This document shows positions 35,477-44,718 of a stretch of 44,718 nt of DNA, piece after piece. A model generated the notes under the pieces. The model was given only the letters and a program-made list of their open reading frames with translations. It did not search any database and was not told the DNA's origin. The DNA is taken from the IMG/VR virus record IMGVR_UViG_3300011422_000002, positions 1 to 44,718 of that record. One strand, 5' to 3'. The position numbers were made by a program, and so were the translations under genes. The stretch is from a virus. Taxonomy: Duplodnaviria; Caudoviricetes. Every line of letters starts with the position of its first letter. Position 1 is the first letter of the stretch.

Positions 35477-37240
35477 ATGGCGAATATAACTCCACAAACC
35501 AGTGCCACCGGCGGGCCGGGCTTCACTCCCAATCCAGCGGGAGCCACAACAGGTGGAGCCCCTAGCAACGCCTATTACCGGGAGACCCTAGCCAAGTGGA
35601 TGGCCTCCATGTGGGCGCACGGCGGGGACAGTCGCCAGAAGGTGCTCGACATGATGAGCCCGGTCTGGTACTCCGCCAAATACGGGGAGCCAGAGCCTAC
35701 CGATGAAGGAGGCTACTGGTCTCCCCGAACCCTGATGTCCTTCAGTAGGTTCGCCAGTGAATACACCGGCGGCAGTCCCGCCCTCGACCAGATCTTCCCC
35801 TATGTACCTCCCGGACCTAACGACTTCATTGAAACCCCGGAGCAAACTGCCAACCGCATAGCCCAGTCTGCCTTCGAGAAACAAATCCAGGCGGATATCG
35901 ATAAGACCGCTATGGAGATAGCCGCGACCGCAGCCGAGGGTAATGCTAACCGGGCTGTCGATATCGAGGAGATCAAGGCCAATCTCAAAGCTTCCGCCAT
36001 GTCTGCGTTTAACCAGGCCTTTAGTAACGAGGTCCAGAAGTTCAACGTAGAATCCGGCATGTGGAATAATCAGCAGAATATCCAGTCGTCTAACCTCCAG
36101 CAAGCCGGTAACCTAGCTTCCGCCTTCCAACAGATACTGGATCAGCGAACCGGGAAGGCGATTGAGTCCCAGCTGAACCCCGGAGACTGGCTGGCTCGGG
36201 AAGCCCAGGTCAGAGCCATGACAGCCCCACAAGGTACTGAGACCCCGGCCTATTCAGACTTCCCCGAACTCAAAATCATCATAGACATGCTGAAGAACAC
36301 CGCAGGTGGGGGAGCCAAGCCGGTAGGCCCGGATGCTAATACCTTCCAGCTCCCCGATTTGCTGAAGAGCCTAATTGAGTATACTCCAACAGCGCCGCCC
36401 CCAACTACGGGGGTTGTAGCCACTCCCGCTCCCCCGCAAGTGGCTACGCCCCCACCAGCACAGACTCCAGCAGCATCGCCCATTCCTACATACCCAGGGC
36501 CGGGAGCTGGCGGTGCGCCCACAGCAGATAACTTCAGTGGAGTCCGCAACGAGGATGTGGCGGAGCTGTTATCAGGTCAGGGCAAACTGATTACAACTGG
36601 CACACTCGGCCCCAGCTACGGCCGCGACTACACCAACTTCAAGGTCTTCAATCCCTCGAAGAACAACTATCAATACCAGCCAGACGACGAGATAGCCGCC
36701 GGCACACCTGTGTGGCTGCAGAAGTTCGCTTACGGAGTCCGAAAGTCCCGGAACCCTCAATTCGTCTCTGGTGACCCGCAGGCTGATGGTAAGCCCAACC
36801 CCGAGGTCGTCACTATCCATAATCCGGGGAAGAAGACTCGGGTATCAGTCACCCCAGTGAAGAATGCTAAGCAGATGCAGGGGAAACATAAGTTCGCCCT
36901 CGGCGCCGACGCCTTCGACCCTGATAAGCTCACCATCAAGTCCTACCCTGATGAGGCCTACCAGAATTACTCCAGCCTGAATTATCTCAAGGGTGGGAGT
37001 AAGAATCAGTACAATAAGCTCAACACCGGCATGTTCCAAGGTTACGGCGGCGCTATGCTCCCAGAGTCCGGGGCTATCAATTATGGTAACTACCTAAATG
37101 TAGCCAAGGACCCCGTCTCCCTAGCTATGCTCGCCTCTCACTACAAGACCGGGAGCCGAGACCTGTTCGCCGAGGTAGCCCGTGCCAAGGCCCGCGCCCC
37201 ATTCGGGCAAGCCGTCCAGACCAGCCTCATAAGGAGTTAA
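35477..37240 (+). CDS. Internal virion/ejection (pilot-like) protein
   Basis: Gln/Asn/Ala-rich helical segment; Pro-rich linker; FAYG...VSGD...PEVV motif. Confidence 0.6.
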   Translation: MANITPQTSATGGPGFTPNPAGATTGGAPSNAYYRETLAKWMASMWAHGGDSRQKVLDMMSPVWYSAKYGEPEPTDEGGYWSPRTLMSFSRFASEYTGGSPALDQIFPYVPPGPNDFIETPEQTANRIAQSAFEKQIQADIDKTAMEIAATAAEGNANRAVDIEEIKANLKASAMSAFNQAFSNEVQKFNVESGMWNNQQNIQSSNLQQAGNLASAFQQILDQRTGKAIESQLNPGDWLAREAQVRAMTAPQGTETPAYSDFPELKIIIDMLKNTAGGGAKPVGPDANTFQLPDLLKSLIEYTPTAPPPTTGVVATPAPPQVATPPPAQTPAASPIPTYPGPGAGGAPTADNFSGVRNEDVAELLSGQGKLITTGTLGPSYGRDYTNFKVFNPSKNNYQYQPDDEIAAGTPVWLQKFAYGVRKSRNPQFVSGDPQADGKPNPEVVTIHNPGKKTRVSVTPVKNAKQMQGKHKFALGADAFDPDKLTIKSYPDEAYQNYSSLNYLKGGSKNQYNKLNTGMFQGYGGAMLPESGAINYGNYLNVAKDPVSLAMLASHYKTGSRDLFAEVARAKARAPFGQAVQTSLIRS

Positions 37241-37241
37241 A

Positions 37242-40200
37242 ATGCCTACTCCATCGGCCCTTCGCGGTATCAGATACATCTCCCCCGAGGAACGTGGCAA
37301 GCGGGACCTTGAGGCCAAACTCCGAGTCTATGACTATAATGCCACTGCGGAGTACAAGCCCAAGAAGAAGTCATCCCAGAGTGTAATTGGCAAGGCACTC
37401 AAGGGCATCCGTAACGCCCCAGAGAACATAGTTGATTCCAAAGTCAGTCGTAAAGCAAAGTCCTCCGTCAAGACCATGTCTCGGGACTTCAACGATGCCA
37501 TGGAAGTTTGGGAGAGGCAGGTATCGGGCTTTCCTTCACTTGTTGCAACCCGCGGTGTTGTTAAGGATGGGGAGTACACTACTAGCCAGAACATCATCGG
37601 GAACCCACTAGCTAATGTTGCCAGTCACATTCGAGCTCAGCGCCAGACCGGGAAGCTTGGAGATAAATCCGGGGCCATCTCCCTTGGCCAGGCCATCAAG
37701 ACCGCGAACCGAGCGGGACAGGCATTCCAAGAAGACCCTGATATTAATCAGGGTATCAAGACCGGGGTGTCGATAGGCTTTGACCCGTCCACCTATGGCC
37801 CTGGAGTCCTACTCAAGGCTCGTAAGGCTAAGGCCGCTGCTGAGGGAGTAAAAGCACTACCGGAATTGACCCGGTTTGGTAGGGCAGTATCCAAAGCCCC
37901 GGCTCCGATTAGGTTCGGCGTCAAGGCAATTGATGAGTTGGGTCTGAAAGGTTTTGATGACCCGGTTACAGCTCTGAAGTTTACCGCTGGAGCCGGAGTT
38001 GGTTCCGCACTCACTGCCAAATACGATATCCCGCTGGTTCCCGAGGAAGTTGAAGGACTCCTTGGCACCATGGGAGGTGGACTCTTCGGTGCTAAAATGG
38101 GTAAGCGAAAGCCTAGGACTGGCCCCAAGCTCGGGGTCACCTCGGTTTCAACTCCCGAAGATGACCGCTTCCACCATGGCACCTACGAGGACATCGACGA
38201 CAAGACCTTCCTGACCAGTTTCTCTAAGAACCACGACATAGGCCCCGGTCTATACGTCTCTCTCGAGCCCACCGGTGCCAGTGGTTATGTCGAGGGAGAT
38301 CTCGGCGCCAACGTAGCTCAATTCCCCGATGACTTCGTAGCCAAGCAGCAATACAAGATCAAGACCAAGGGTGGCCAGAAGATATATCGACTCCGGCCTA
38401 ACAGTATCATGAGGCATCTGCATTGGAGTGCCCCTATTGATGATCTCGAGGCTAGTCTCATCAACGGGGTGTTAGAGAAGCAGGGAATCAAGCACCGGGT
38501 TCAGGCGGGTTGGACTGGGAAGAAGGTATTAAATTCCTTCAAAGATGACGGGACTCCTAATGGCAACACCCCTAATGGTGTAGGCGTCCTGAGCGAGGCC
38601 GGTTGGGCGGGCATGACTAATGGAAGCCAGTGGACCTTCTGGAATCCTAATGCTATGCTCGAGCCAGACATGACTCCGGGCGCCAAGACTCAGAAGTACC
38701 CCGGAGCGCAGTACCCATCTCACGGGGCTACCCCGGTGGAGGTGGCTAAGCAGTCGCTTTCCGATGTAAAGAAACTTAAGTTCGACCAACTCCTCCAGGA
38801 GTACCCTGATGCTGTCCCGGCTCAACTCAGAGAATACGTAGACCAGGCTTATAATAATCAAGGGATGAAGATCACTCCCACCGGGACTTTCTTGGATTAC
38901 GTAGCTCAGCAAGAATACAAGTTTGCCCCGACACCAAAGCCAGTTCCGAGTGTTGGTCACAAGGGGCTCAACCAGAATGAGCTGTCCCCGCAGGAACAGC
39001 CTGGATATGACCCTAGTAATCCTCTCTCCATGACCCCGGAGAATCTAGCGGCAACTCAGGCTCAGTATCCCACAGCTCCGGGGCAAACTAGCCCAACTCC
39101 AGGACAAATCGCGGCTGAAAGTACTCCGCCCGCAGGTGTTCCTCCACCTCCACCTCCAATTACAGCTTCACCTAGCTCCATGACCGTGGATGAAGCCCTG
39201 GATCAGATGGACCAAGTTCTCGACCCCGGCAACTCCTTCTCACCGGCTTTCCAAAGTGCCGTCGCCAACCTTATGCACCAGTACGGGGACAGCACTATTA
39301 CGGCTCAGGAGTTCCTCACCAAATGGGAAGTGATGAAGTCCAACCCCCAGGCCTTTGGTTCTGGCGGGAATGCCCCTTCTCCAACTCCCAATGGTATACT
39401 AAATCAGATGACCCCTGAGCAAATTGAGGCAGATCAGGCTTCCCAAGCTTCGGCTAAGTATATGAAGGATTGGGAGAAGGAGTACAACAGTCTCTCCCCT
39501 CAAGAGAAGCTTGATTATGAGGAGTGGATGAAGACCCCGGAGGCCGATTACTGGGGTGAAGCTCAGGAAACTGCTGGGCTTCCCGCGGGTCTACTCGAGG
39601 GTATTAAGTATTGGAAGTCCAATCTCTCAAAAGCCCCCATATCTACCGGGCCAACCATAGCCGCTAGTGGCGTTCCATGGCAGTCACCCCTGTTCAACTC
39701 CGAGTGGATTAAGCTAACCGACGAGCAGAAACTTCAGTACTACAGCGAACTAGACGCTAAGTATACCCCTGAAGATCTAACACACGAAAATATTACTGAG
39801 TTCTTCGCCGAGTGGGTAGCAAAGCAGAATGCCCCGGATATAGACGACGTAGTTGGCCCACCCACCAGCTCCTATGCTAAGCCAAACGCCAACACGAAGA
39901 TAACCGCAGCCACCCAGTCTTTCAAGGAACTCGCCGCTGCCGCCGACGACATGGATCATCCGCTATACAAAGTCGCCGGCTTCATAGTGGAGAAGTTCAA
40001 CCTCAACAAGATGGGCATAGGCACGGCCGCCAAGTTGTGGGAGGATGCGAAGAAGGGGCTGGAACCGCCTGAAGCACCGCTCGGCGCCACCCCCAAGCCA
40101 CCGAAGCCCAAGGGCCCTCCCGTCGGGGAAATCAAGAAGGGTATCTTTGGGTATAGCGTGGAAATCCCTGGTTGGAAGTCCCCACCTTCCAAGACCCTCG

Positions 40201-43200
40201 GTGAAGCCATTGAACTTGCCAAGAAGGCCGGGATTAAGGTCAAGGGCTCTCCAGAGCCGAAAGCTCCTGAAGCCCCAGCGGCTGCTGTTGAGCCTCCTGT
40301 CCAGCCCGACTTCGCCGGGAAGCCCGGTGTCAATGCAATGGATACCAGCCCAGATGGTATCCCCTATCATTTCGATGGGTGGACTAACCAGCTCAATATA
40401 GACGGCATCCCTGAAGCTCAGAAGGTCTTCAAGAACGATGATGGTAACTACGAGTGGGGACACGCTGATGGTGGGTCTACTGAAACCAAGAACCTCGGCA
40501 ACCTTGTAGATTATATAGCCGGGAACCTCCTTGATGAGGACGCCTACTACAAAGTCGCCGGAAACGTCACCAAACAGGATGCCACCGACTACGGTATAGA
40601 CATGGTATCCGGCGGGAACAACAAGTTCAACTGGGACGAGGATGCTCAAATCCTCAAAGTCGACGGGGATATTATAGAGATAGACTATGGTGATGACTAT
40701 CAGCTAATAGCCGATACTCCCAAGGGTATTATTCAAGCTCCCACTATTGCCGACTTCGTGGATGATTACCTCTCTATCGACAAGGACGGGTGGCACACTT
40801 CCCCAACCGGCACTACCAAGTACAAGTACGACGACTTCGAGAGTATCATTGAACTTAAGGATGTAGAGACTCCCGCTCCGATTTACATAGAAAAACCCTA
40901 TGATACTGGGACGCCTTATGAGTTCTATAATGAGGACGCCGGGGAAGGGTTTACGTCTGATACTATTGGTGGCATGGCGGATAAGCTGGCTAGCTATTTC
41001 AGCGCCCCCGGAACTAAGGTGCCAGCCAGCCCCGCCGGTGGAGCTGCCTACACCAAGAACAAGTGGGTCAACTCCTTTGAATCCGGGAGTTGGTGGTGGA
41101 AGACTGAGGCCGATGACCAGCTAGTCAAAGAAGGCTTCACCCAGTCCGAAATAAACGAGATTAAAGAGATCTTCGAGGTTGATGCAGATGGCGGGCAAGC
41201 TGCCAGTGCATTCATGGATCTTACTCCGGGCGAGAAGCAAGGTTACCTCAACGCGGCCGGCGACTTTGATAACCCCCTAAGTCATCCCGAGTTAATGGAC
41301 ATAGCCACGGGTAATGCTACCGGTCAAGCCAAGTACCCCGATACCACCAAGCCGCCCAAATTCGAGTACGCCGGTGCCTCGAAGATTAATTGGAAAGAGA
41401 CTCCTAATACTAAGCTCAAGTACGCTTATGAGGCAATTCACGGGGAGCTGTTAATAGAGAACATCCCCGGCGGAGAACCTAACGGTCATGGAGTTTATGT
41501 TAAGGTTCTCGAAAATGGCGGCTTCTCAGCCAAGGTTGGGGCCAAGACCATTGAAGCAGATACTATCGAGGATCTGGTTGTCAAGATATACGATGACTAC
41601 TGGAATCAAGCCAGTGTCGCCGCCGATGTAGTCCAAAACGCAGCCCAGGAAGCCCAGGGCGAGCCCTCCACCGGCATCGGCGGGGCACTGAAAGCCAAGT
41701 CCTGGCAAGTCGACGGGAAGTCAATTGGCAAAGAGGCATTCGACAAGTATGCCCCACTCAGTTTCAAGCAGAAGAACCTAGTCACCCAACTTTCCGGTAA
41801 CCTTCCCAATCAGAGCATTGAGACTATCATTGATTCGGTTGCTAAGGGAACTGATACCGACGGCAATTGGAAGTTTGCTCAGCCCCCTACTGACTACAGC
41901 GCCCCCGTAGGCTCTAAGAATAATCCTATCCTCAAGATAGGTTCCCACACCGTAACCGCGGGGCAGAAGGCCAAGTTCAACAAACTCCCACCTAACGTTC
42001 AGGAGATGGTTAAGCATTATTCTGCCGGTCATCTTGACGCCGACTTTAATACCATTCTCAATGATGCAGCGAAGGTAGCCCAAAAGACCAAAGCCGCCAT
42101 TGGAGACTCCTCCAAGCCCAACCTCGCCAAGGCTATCAAGCCCGAGCATATCCCTGTAGACCCTGATGAAATCGCCGGGATAAAGAAACCGGCAGCGAAG
42201 ACCTCCGAAGAATTCATCCAGGAGATAGAAACCAAACTTGGCAAGCCTTACGACAAGAAGGAATACGCAGCCCCCGGTCAGGAAGGAGCCCCAGTAGCTG
42301 GAGCTGGAACCCCATCCAAGGGCACTGTGCAGCCGGTCAAGAACAAGGCCACCGGTAAGTGGGAGGCCAAGGTAGGTTGGCAGCAATTCCAGAACGAAGA
42401 CCTAGGTGAGCTATTAGACCAGATCACAAAGGCCGGGTACAAGACTACCCCACCCGAGGGCTTCAGCATTGGAGGCGGCGCACCGGGAGAGTCTCTAGTT
42501 GAGGCCAACCCTATTAAAGTAGGGTTGACCAAGGGTGAGAAAGCCCTGAACGCCCTTTCCAAGGTCAAGAACGTCATCATCTCCCATGGTGTCCTGAACA
42601 ACGCTATAGCCACACCGATAGCCAAGGAGTACCTCCGCATCAATCGGGTAGTGAAGACCCAAGCCACCAACCTTGGCAAATCTGCCCGGCACACTGCGAA
42701 GATTCTCAACATCAAGGATATTGATGACTTCCGCAAGATAGACGTGGGCACACTGACGCCCGCCCAGAAACGTCTCCACGATAGGTTCCTATACCAGCTC
42801 ACCTCCTTTCAAGACACCCTCGATCAGTTCGGAACCGACATCAAGACCCTAGAGGAATTCTGGACGGAAGCCGCCGGCAAAGAGGGCTTCGAGAATAAAA
42901 CCTTCGGCGACCTCATGACCGAGTATGGCAACGCTATCGCCAACCGAGTATCCGACAAGTGGCTCCAAAAGGAGATAGATAAAATCGGCGGGGCTATGGA
43001 TCTATCCGCCAAGGGTGGGAAGCCAATTCCTACCTCCACCGTCACCCGAGTTCAATCCCAGGTGAAGCTCCCCTCCGCCGTCGGCGACGTACTCAACAGG
43101 GCCGTCGACAAGGTACACCCCACTAGAGATTCCGAGTGGGCTGAGCTCTACACCTCCATCAACAGCATGTTCCGCAGCATGTGGGCAGCGGGTGACCTGT

Positions 43201-44718
43201 CCTTCCAGCTCATCCAGCAACTCCCCCTATGGGCAGACAATCCTAAGAAAGCCTTCCAGGCCACTAAAATCGGCATGAAGGCAATGTTCGACCCGACTGC
43301 CATGGCCGAGTTCATAGCTCGCCGAGATGAGATGGTCAAGGGCACGGATAAGCCTACCATGGCTGAGTATATCAAGTACGGCGGGCACATGGCAGAGACC
43401 CTCGGCGAGGGTACCGACCTTGAGGGTCTCTCCGGTAAAGTCCAGCGCATCCCCGGATATGGTAAGTTCCTGGAGAAGTCCAACACCGCCTTCACCGAGA
43501 CCGGGAATGCTAACCGCATTATGACCTATGACATGCTCTGGGACAACTACAAGACCGGCGGCATCAGTATGCTCACCGGACTATACACCAAAGCTGGGAA
43601 GTCCATTACTCCTAGTTCCACTCGAGCCGAAATCATCGAGGCCATCACCTCCGCCGGCAACAGAGCCTCAGGTTTCTCCCACCGAGGACTCGGTGGCCCT
43701 TACGGTTCCGCCATCTTCTTCGCCCCACGCTTCATGCAAAGCCAGATTGAACTCCTGATGAAGGCCGTCTCCGACGGTGGTATCGAGGGCCATGCCGCCA
43801 GACGCCAGCTCATTAAGATGGCCGCCGTAGGCACCGGGATAACTATGGCAGTTAACGAGCGGAACGGTCATGATACCGAGTTCGACCCTCGCAAGCCAAA
43901 CTTCATGCGGATGATAGATATCAACGGTGCTGATCTCAGTGTCTTCGGCCCGTGGGACTCCCTCATCCGTGGGGTCGTGAAGTCAGCTCCTACCATCGAT
44001 TCCAGCGGGGACGTTGACTTCGACCCCACTTACCTACTCCGCTCTAAATTGGCTCCAGTCCCCTCCATGCTCCTCGACATCACCACCGGGAAGGATATTG
44101 TAGGCAAGTCCACTCGAACCCCCGCCAACGCAGTCAAGGCCGCCCTCCCATTCAGCCTTCGCGAGGCCCTAGAACAACCCATCTCCACCACGGCTTTCGG
44201 GCTCCTCGGCGGCAAAGGAACTCCAGTCTCTGCCAGTGAACAGCTCGAGGCCAAGCTCGAACAAGCCGGGATAAAGAAGTCTGACCCGGACTACCTCATC
44301 GAGCGCCGGCAATACCTATCCGACCACCCGGAGGACATTCCTCCATCCGACTCCAAGACATACAAGCGTGTTCAAGAAGTCCGCGCTGACATAACCGCCC
44401 GCCGCAAGGCCAACGACAAGAAGACTCGAGACAATGAGCAGTCCCTCGTAGACTTCCGTGACAACCGGCGGATTCTCCTTACCGAGCAGCGAAACAAACT
44501 CGAGGAACTCCTCCGTGACGAGGCCAAGAACACCTCTACCGAGCAGCGGCGTTGGCTGAACTCCTACACCGACCTGTTCGACAAGGAAGACGTCAAGGAC
44601 TTCATCACCGGGGAGATCAACCCTGACGCATTCGACCGGGAGGTAGCCAAGTGGACTAACCGCTACGGCGACGATGCTTTGGACTGGATTAACCGCTACA
44701 TGGGAGCCGGACTCACCC
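37242..44718 (+). CDS. Giant polyvalent virion protein (2,636 aa with the 1-557 continuation) containing an ART-like domain
   Basis: AAGGAG RBS plus ATG 37242; the track reports no stop-terminated ORF in this frame; in frame with 84..557 after circularisation. Confidence 0.9.
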   Translation, partial: MPTPSALRGIRYISPEERGKRDLEAKLRVYDYNATAEYKPKKKSSQSVIGKALKGIRNAPENIVDSKVSRKAKSSVKTMSRDFNDAMEVWERQVSGFPSLVATRGVVKDGEYTTSQNIIGNPLANVASHIRAQRQTGKLGDKSGAISLGQAIKTANRAGQAFQEDPDINQGIKTGVSIGFDPSTYGPGVLLKARKAKAAAEGVKALPELTRFGRAVSKAPAPIRFGVKAIDELGLKGFDDPVTALKFTAGAGVGSALTAKYDIPLVPEEVEGLLGTMGGGLFGAKMGKRKPRTGPKLGVTSVSTPEDDRFHHGTYEDIDDKTFLTSFSKNHDIGPGLYVSLEPTGASGYVEGDLGANVAQFPDDFVAKQQYKIKTKGGQKIYRLRPNSIMRHLHWSAPIDDLEASLINGVLEKQGIKHRVQAGWTGKKVLNSFKDDGTPNGNTPNGVGVLSEAGWAGMTNGSQWTFWNPNAMLEPDMTPGAKTQKYPGAQYPSHGATPVEVAKQSLSDVKKLKFDQLLQEYPDAVPAQLREYVDQAYNNQGMKITPTGTFLDYVAQQEYKFAPTPKPVPSVGHKGLNQNELSPQEQPGYDPSNPLSMTPENLAATQAQYPTAPGQTSPTPGQIAAESTPPAGVPPPPPPITASPSSMTVDEALDQMDQVLDPGNSFSPAFQSAVANLMHQYGDSTITAQEFLTKWEVMKSNPQAFGSGGNAPSPTPNGILNQMTPEQIEADQASQASAKYMKDWEKEYNSLSPQEKLDYEEWMKTPEADYWGEAQETAGLPAGLLEGIKYWKSNLSKAPISTGPTIAASGVPWQSPLFNSEWIKLTDEQKLQYYSELDAKYTPEDLTHENITEFFAEWVAKQNAPDIDDVVGPPTSSYAKPNANTKITAATQSFKELAAAADDMDHPLYKVAGFIVEKFNLNKMGIGTAAKLWEDAKKGLEPPEAPLGATPKPPKPKGPPVGEIKKGIFGYSVEIPGWKSPPSKTLGEAIELAKKAGIKVKGSPEPKAPEAPAAAVEPPVQPDFAGKPGVNAMDTSPDGIPYHFDGWTNQLNIDGIPEAQKVFKNDDGNYEWGHADGGSTETKNLGNLVDYIAGNLLDEDAYYKVAGNVTKQDATDYGIDMVSGGNNKFNWDEDAQILKVDGDIIEIDYGDDYQLIADTPKGIIQAPTIADFVDDYLSIDKDGWHTSPTGTTKYKYDDFESIIELKDVETPAPIYIEKPYDTGTPYEFYNEDAGEGFTSDTIGGMADKLASYFSAPGTKVPASPAGGAAYTKNKWVNSFESGSWWWKTEADDQLVKEGFTQSEINEIKEIFEVDADGGQAASAFMDLTPGEKQGYLNAAGDFDNPLSHPELMDIATGNATGQAKYPDTTKPPKFEYAGASKINWKETPNTKLKYAYEAIHGELLIENIPGGEPNGHGVYVKVLENGGFSAKVGAKTIEADTIEDLVVKIYDDYWNQASVAADVVQNAAQEAQGEPSTGIGGALKAKSWQVDGKSIGKEAFDKYAPLSFKQKNLVTQLSGNLPNQSIETIIDSVAKGTDTDGNWKFAQPPTDYSAPVGSKNNPILKIGSHTVTAGQKAKFNKLPPNVQEMVKHYSAGHLDADFNTILNDAAKVAQKTKAAIGDSSKPNLAKAIKPEHIPVDPDEIAGIKKPAAKTSEEFIQEIETKLGKPYDKKEYAAPGQEGAPVAGAGTPSKGTVQPVKNKATGKWEAKVGWQQFQNEDLGELLDQITKAGYKTTPPEGFSIGGGAPGESLVEANPIKVGLTKGEKALNALSKVKNVIISHGVLNNAIATPIAKEYLRINRVVKTQATNLGKSARHTAKILNIKDIDDFRKIDVGTLTPAQKRLHDRFLYQLTSFQDTLDQFGTDIKTLEEFWTEAAGKEGFENKTFGDLMTEYGNAIANRVSDKWLQKEIDKIGGAMDLSAKGGKPIPTSTVTRVQSQVKLPSAVGDVLNRAVDKVHPTRDSEWAELYTSINSMFRSMWAAGDLSFQLIQQLPLWADNPKKAFQATKIGMKAMFDPTAMAEFIARRDEMVKGTDKPTMAEYIKYGGHMAETLGEGTDLEGLSGKVQRIPGYGKFLEKSNTAFTETGNANRIMTYDMLWDNYKTGGISMLTGLYTKAGKSITPSSTRAEIIEAITSAGNRASGFSHRGLGGPYGSAIFFAPRFMQSQIELLMKAVSDGGIEGHAARRQLIKMAAVGTGITMAVNERNGHDTEFDPRKPNFMRMIDINGADLSVFGPWDSLIRGVVKSAPTIDSSGDVDFDPTYLLRSKLAPVPSMLLDITTGKDIVGKSTRTPANAVKAALPFSLREALEQPISTTAFGLLGGKGTPVSASEQLEAKLEQAGIKKSDPDYLIERRQYLSDHPEDIPPSDSKTYKRVQEVRADITARRKANDKKTRDNEQSLVDFRDNRRILLTEQRNKLEELLRDEAKNTSTEQRRWLNSYTDLFDKEDVKDFITGEINPDAFDREVAKWTNRYGDDALDWINRYMGAGLT
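44596..44718. repeat. Direct terminal repeat, copy 2
   Basis: Identical to 1-123. Confidence 0.97.

Noticed and set aside
1-44718. Frequent CTCGAG sites as a signal; alternative genetic code
   Set aside because: Plausibly explained by Leu-Glu CTC-GAG codon preference (not counted rigorously); genes are intact and tightly packed under code 11 using all three stops

Overview
The window looks like a complete, circularly assembled tailed-phage genome of about 44,595 bp, because bases 1-123 repeat exactly at 44596-44718. It is podovirus-like, and I saw no tape-measure/tail-tube, integrase, tRNA or CRISPR genes. The + strand late arm runs from 29365 across the join to 12606. Its order is terS, terL, portal, four putative internal/ejection proteins, scaffold, P22-type coat protein, adaptor/tail/fibre genes, an M23 endolysin and a holin-like gene. 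The fourth ejection gene is a 2,636-aa polyvalent protein with an ADP-ribosyltransferase-like domain, which the ORF track missed because it crosses the join. The - strand early arm (about 29133 to 12728) encodes a P-loop replication protein with a candidate origin, many tiny Cys-rich and membrane proteins, DUF2786, a lipoprotein transglycosylase, an SSB-like/Cas4-like/AAA_24/ERCC4 recombination module, a DNA methyltransferase and a family A DNA polymerase. The most unexplained signals are: a duplicated ~110-bp non-coding element bracketing the tail-lysis module; an identical 16-bp motif before both late operons; a 19-repeat fibre cassette; the repeat-rich giant protein; and several structured RNA-like leaders. 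A monoderm host (e.g. Actinomycetota or Chloroflexota) is inferred but not shown. All calls were made by eye from motifs, with no database search.
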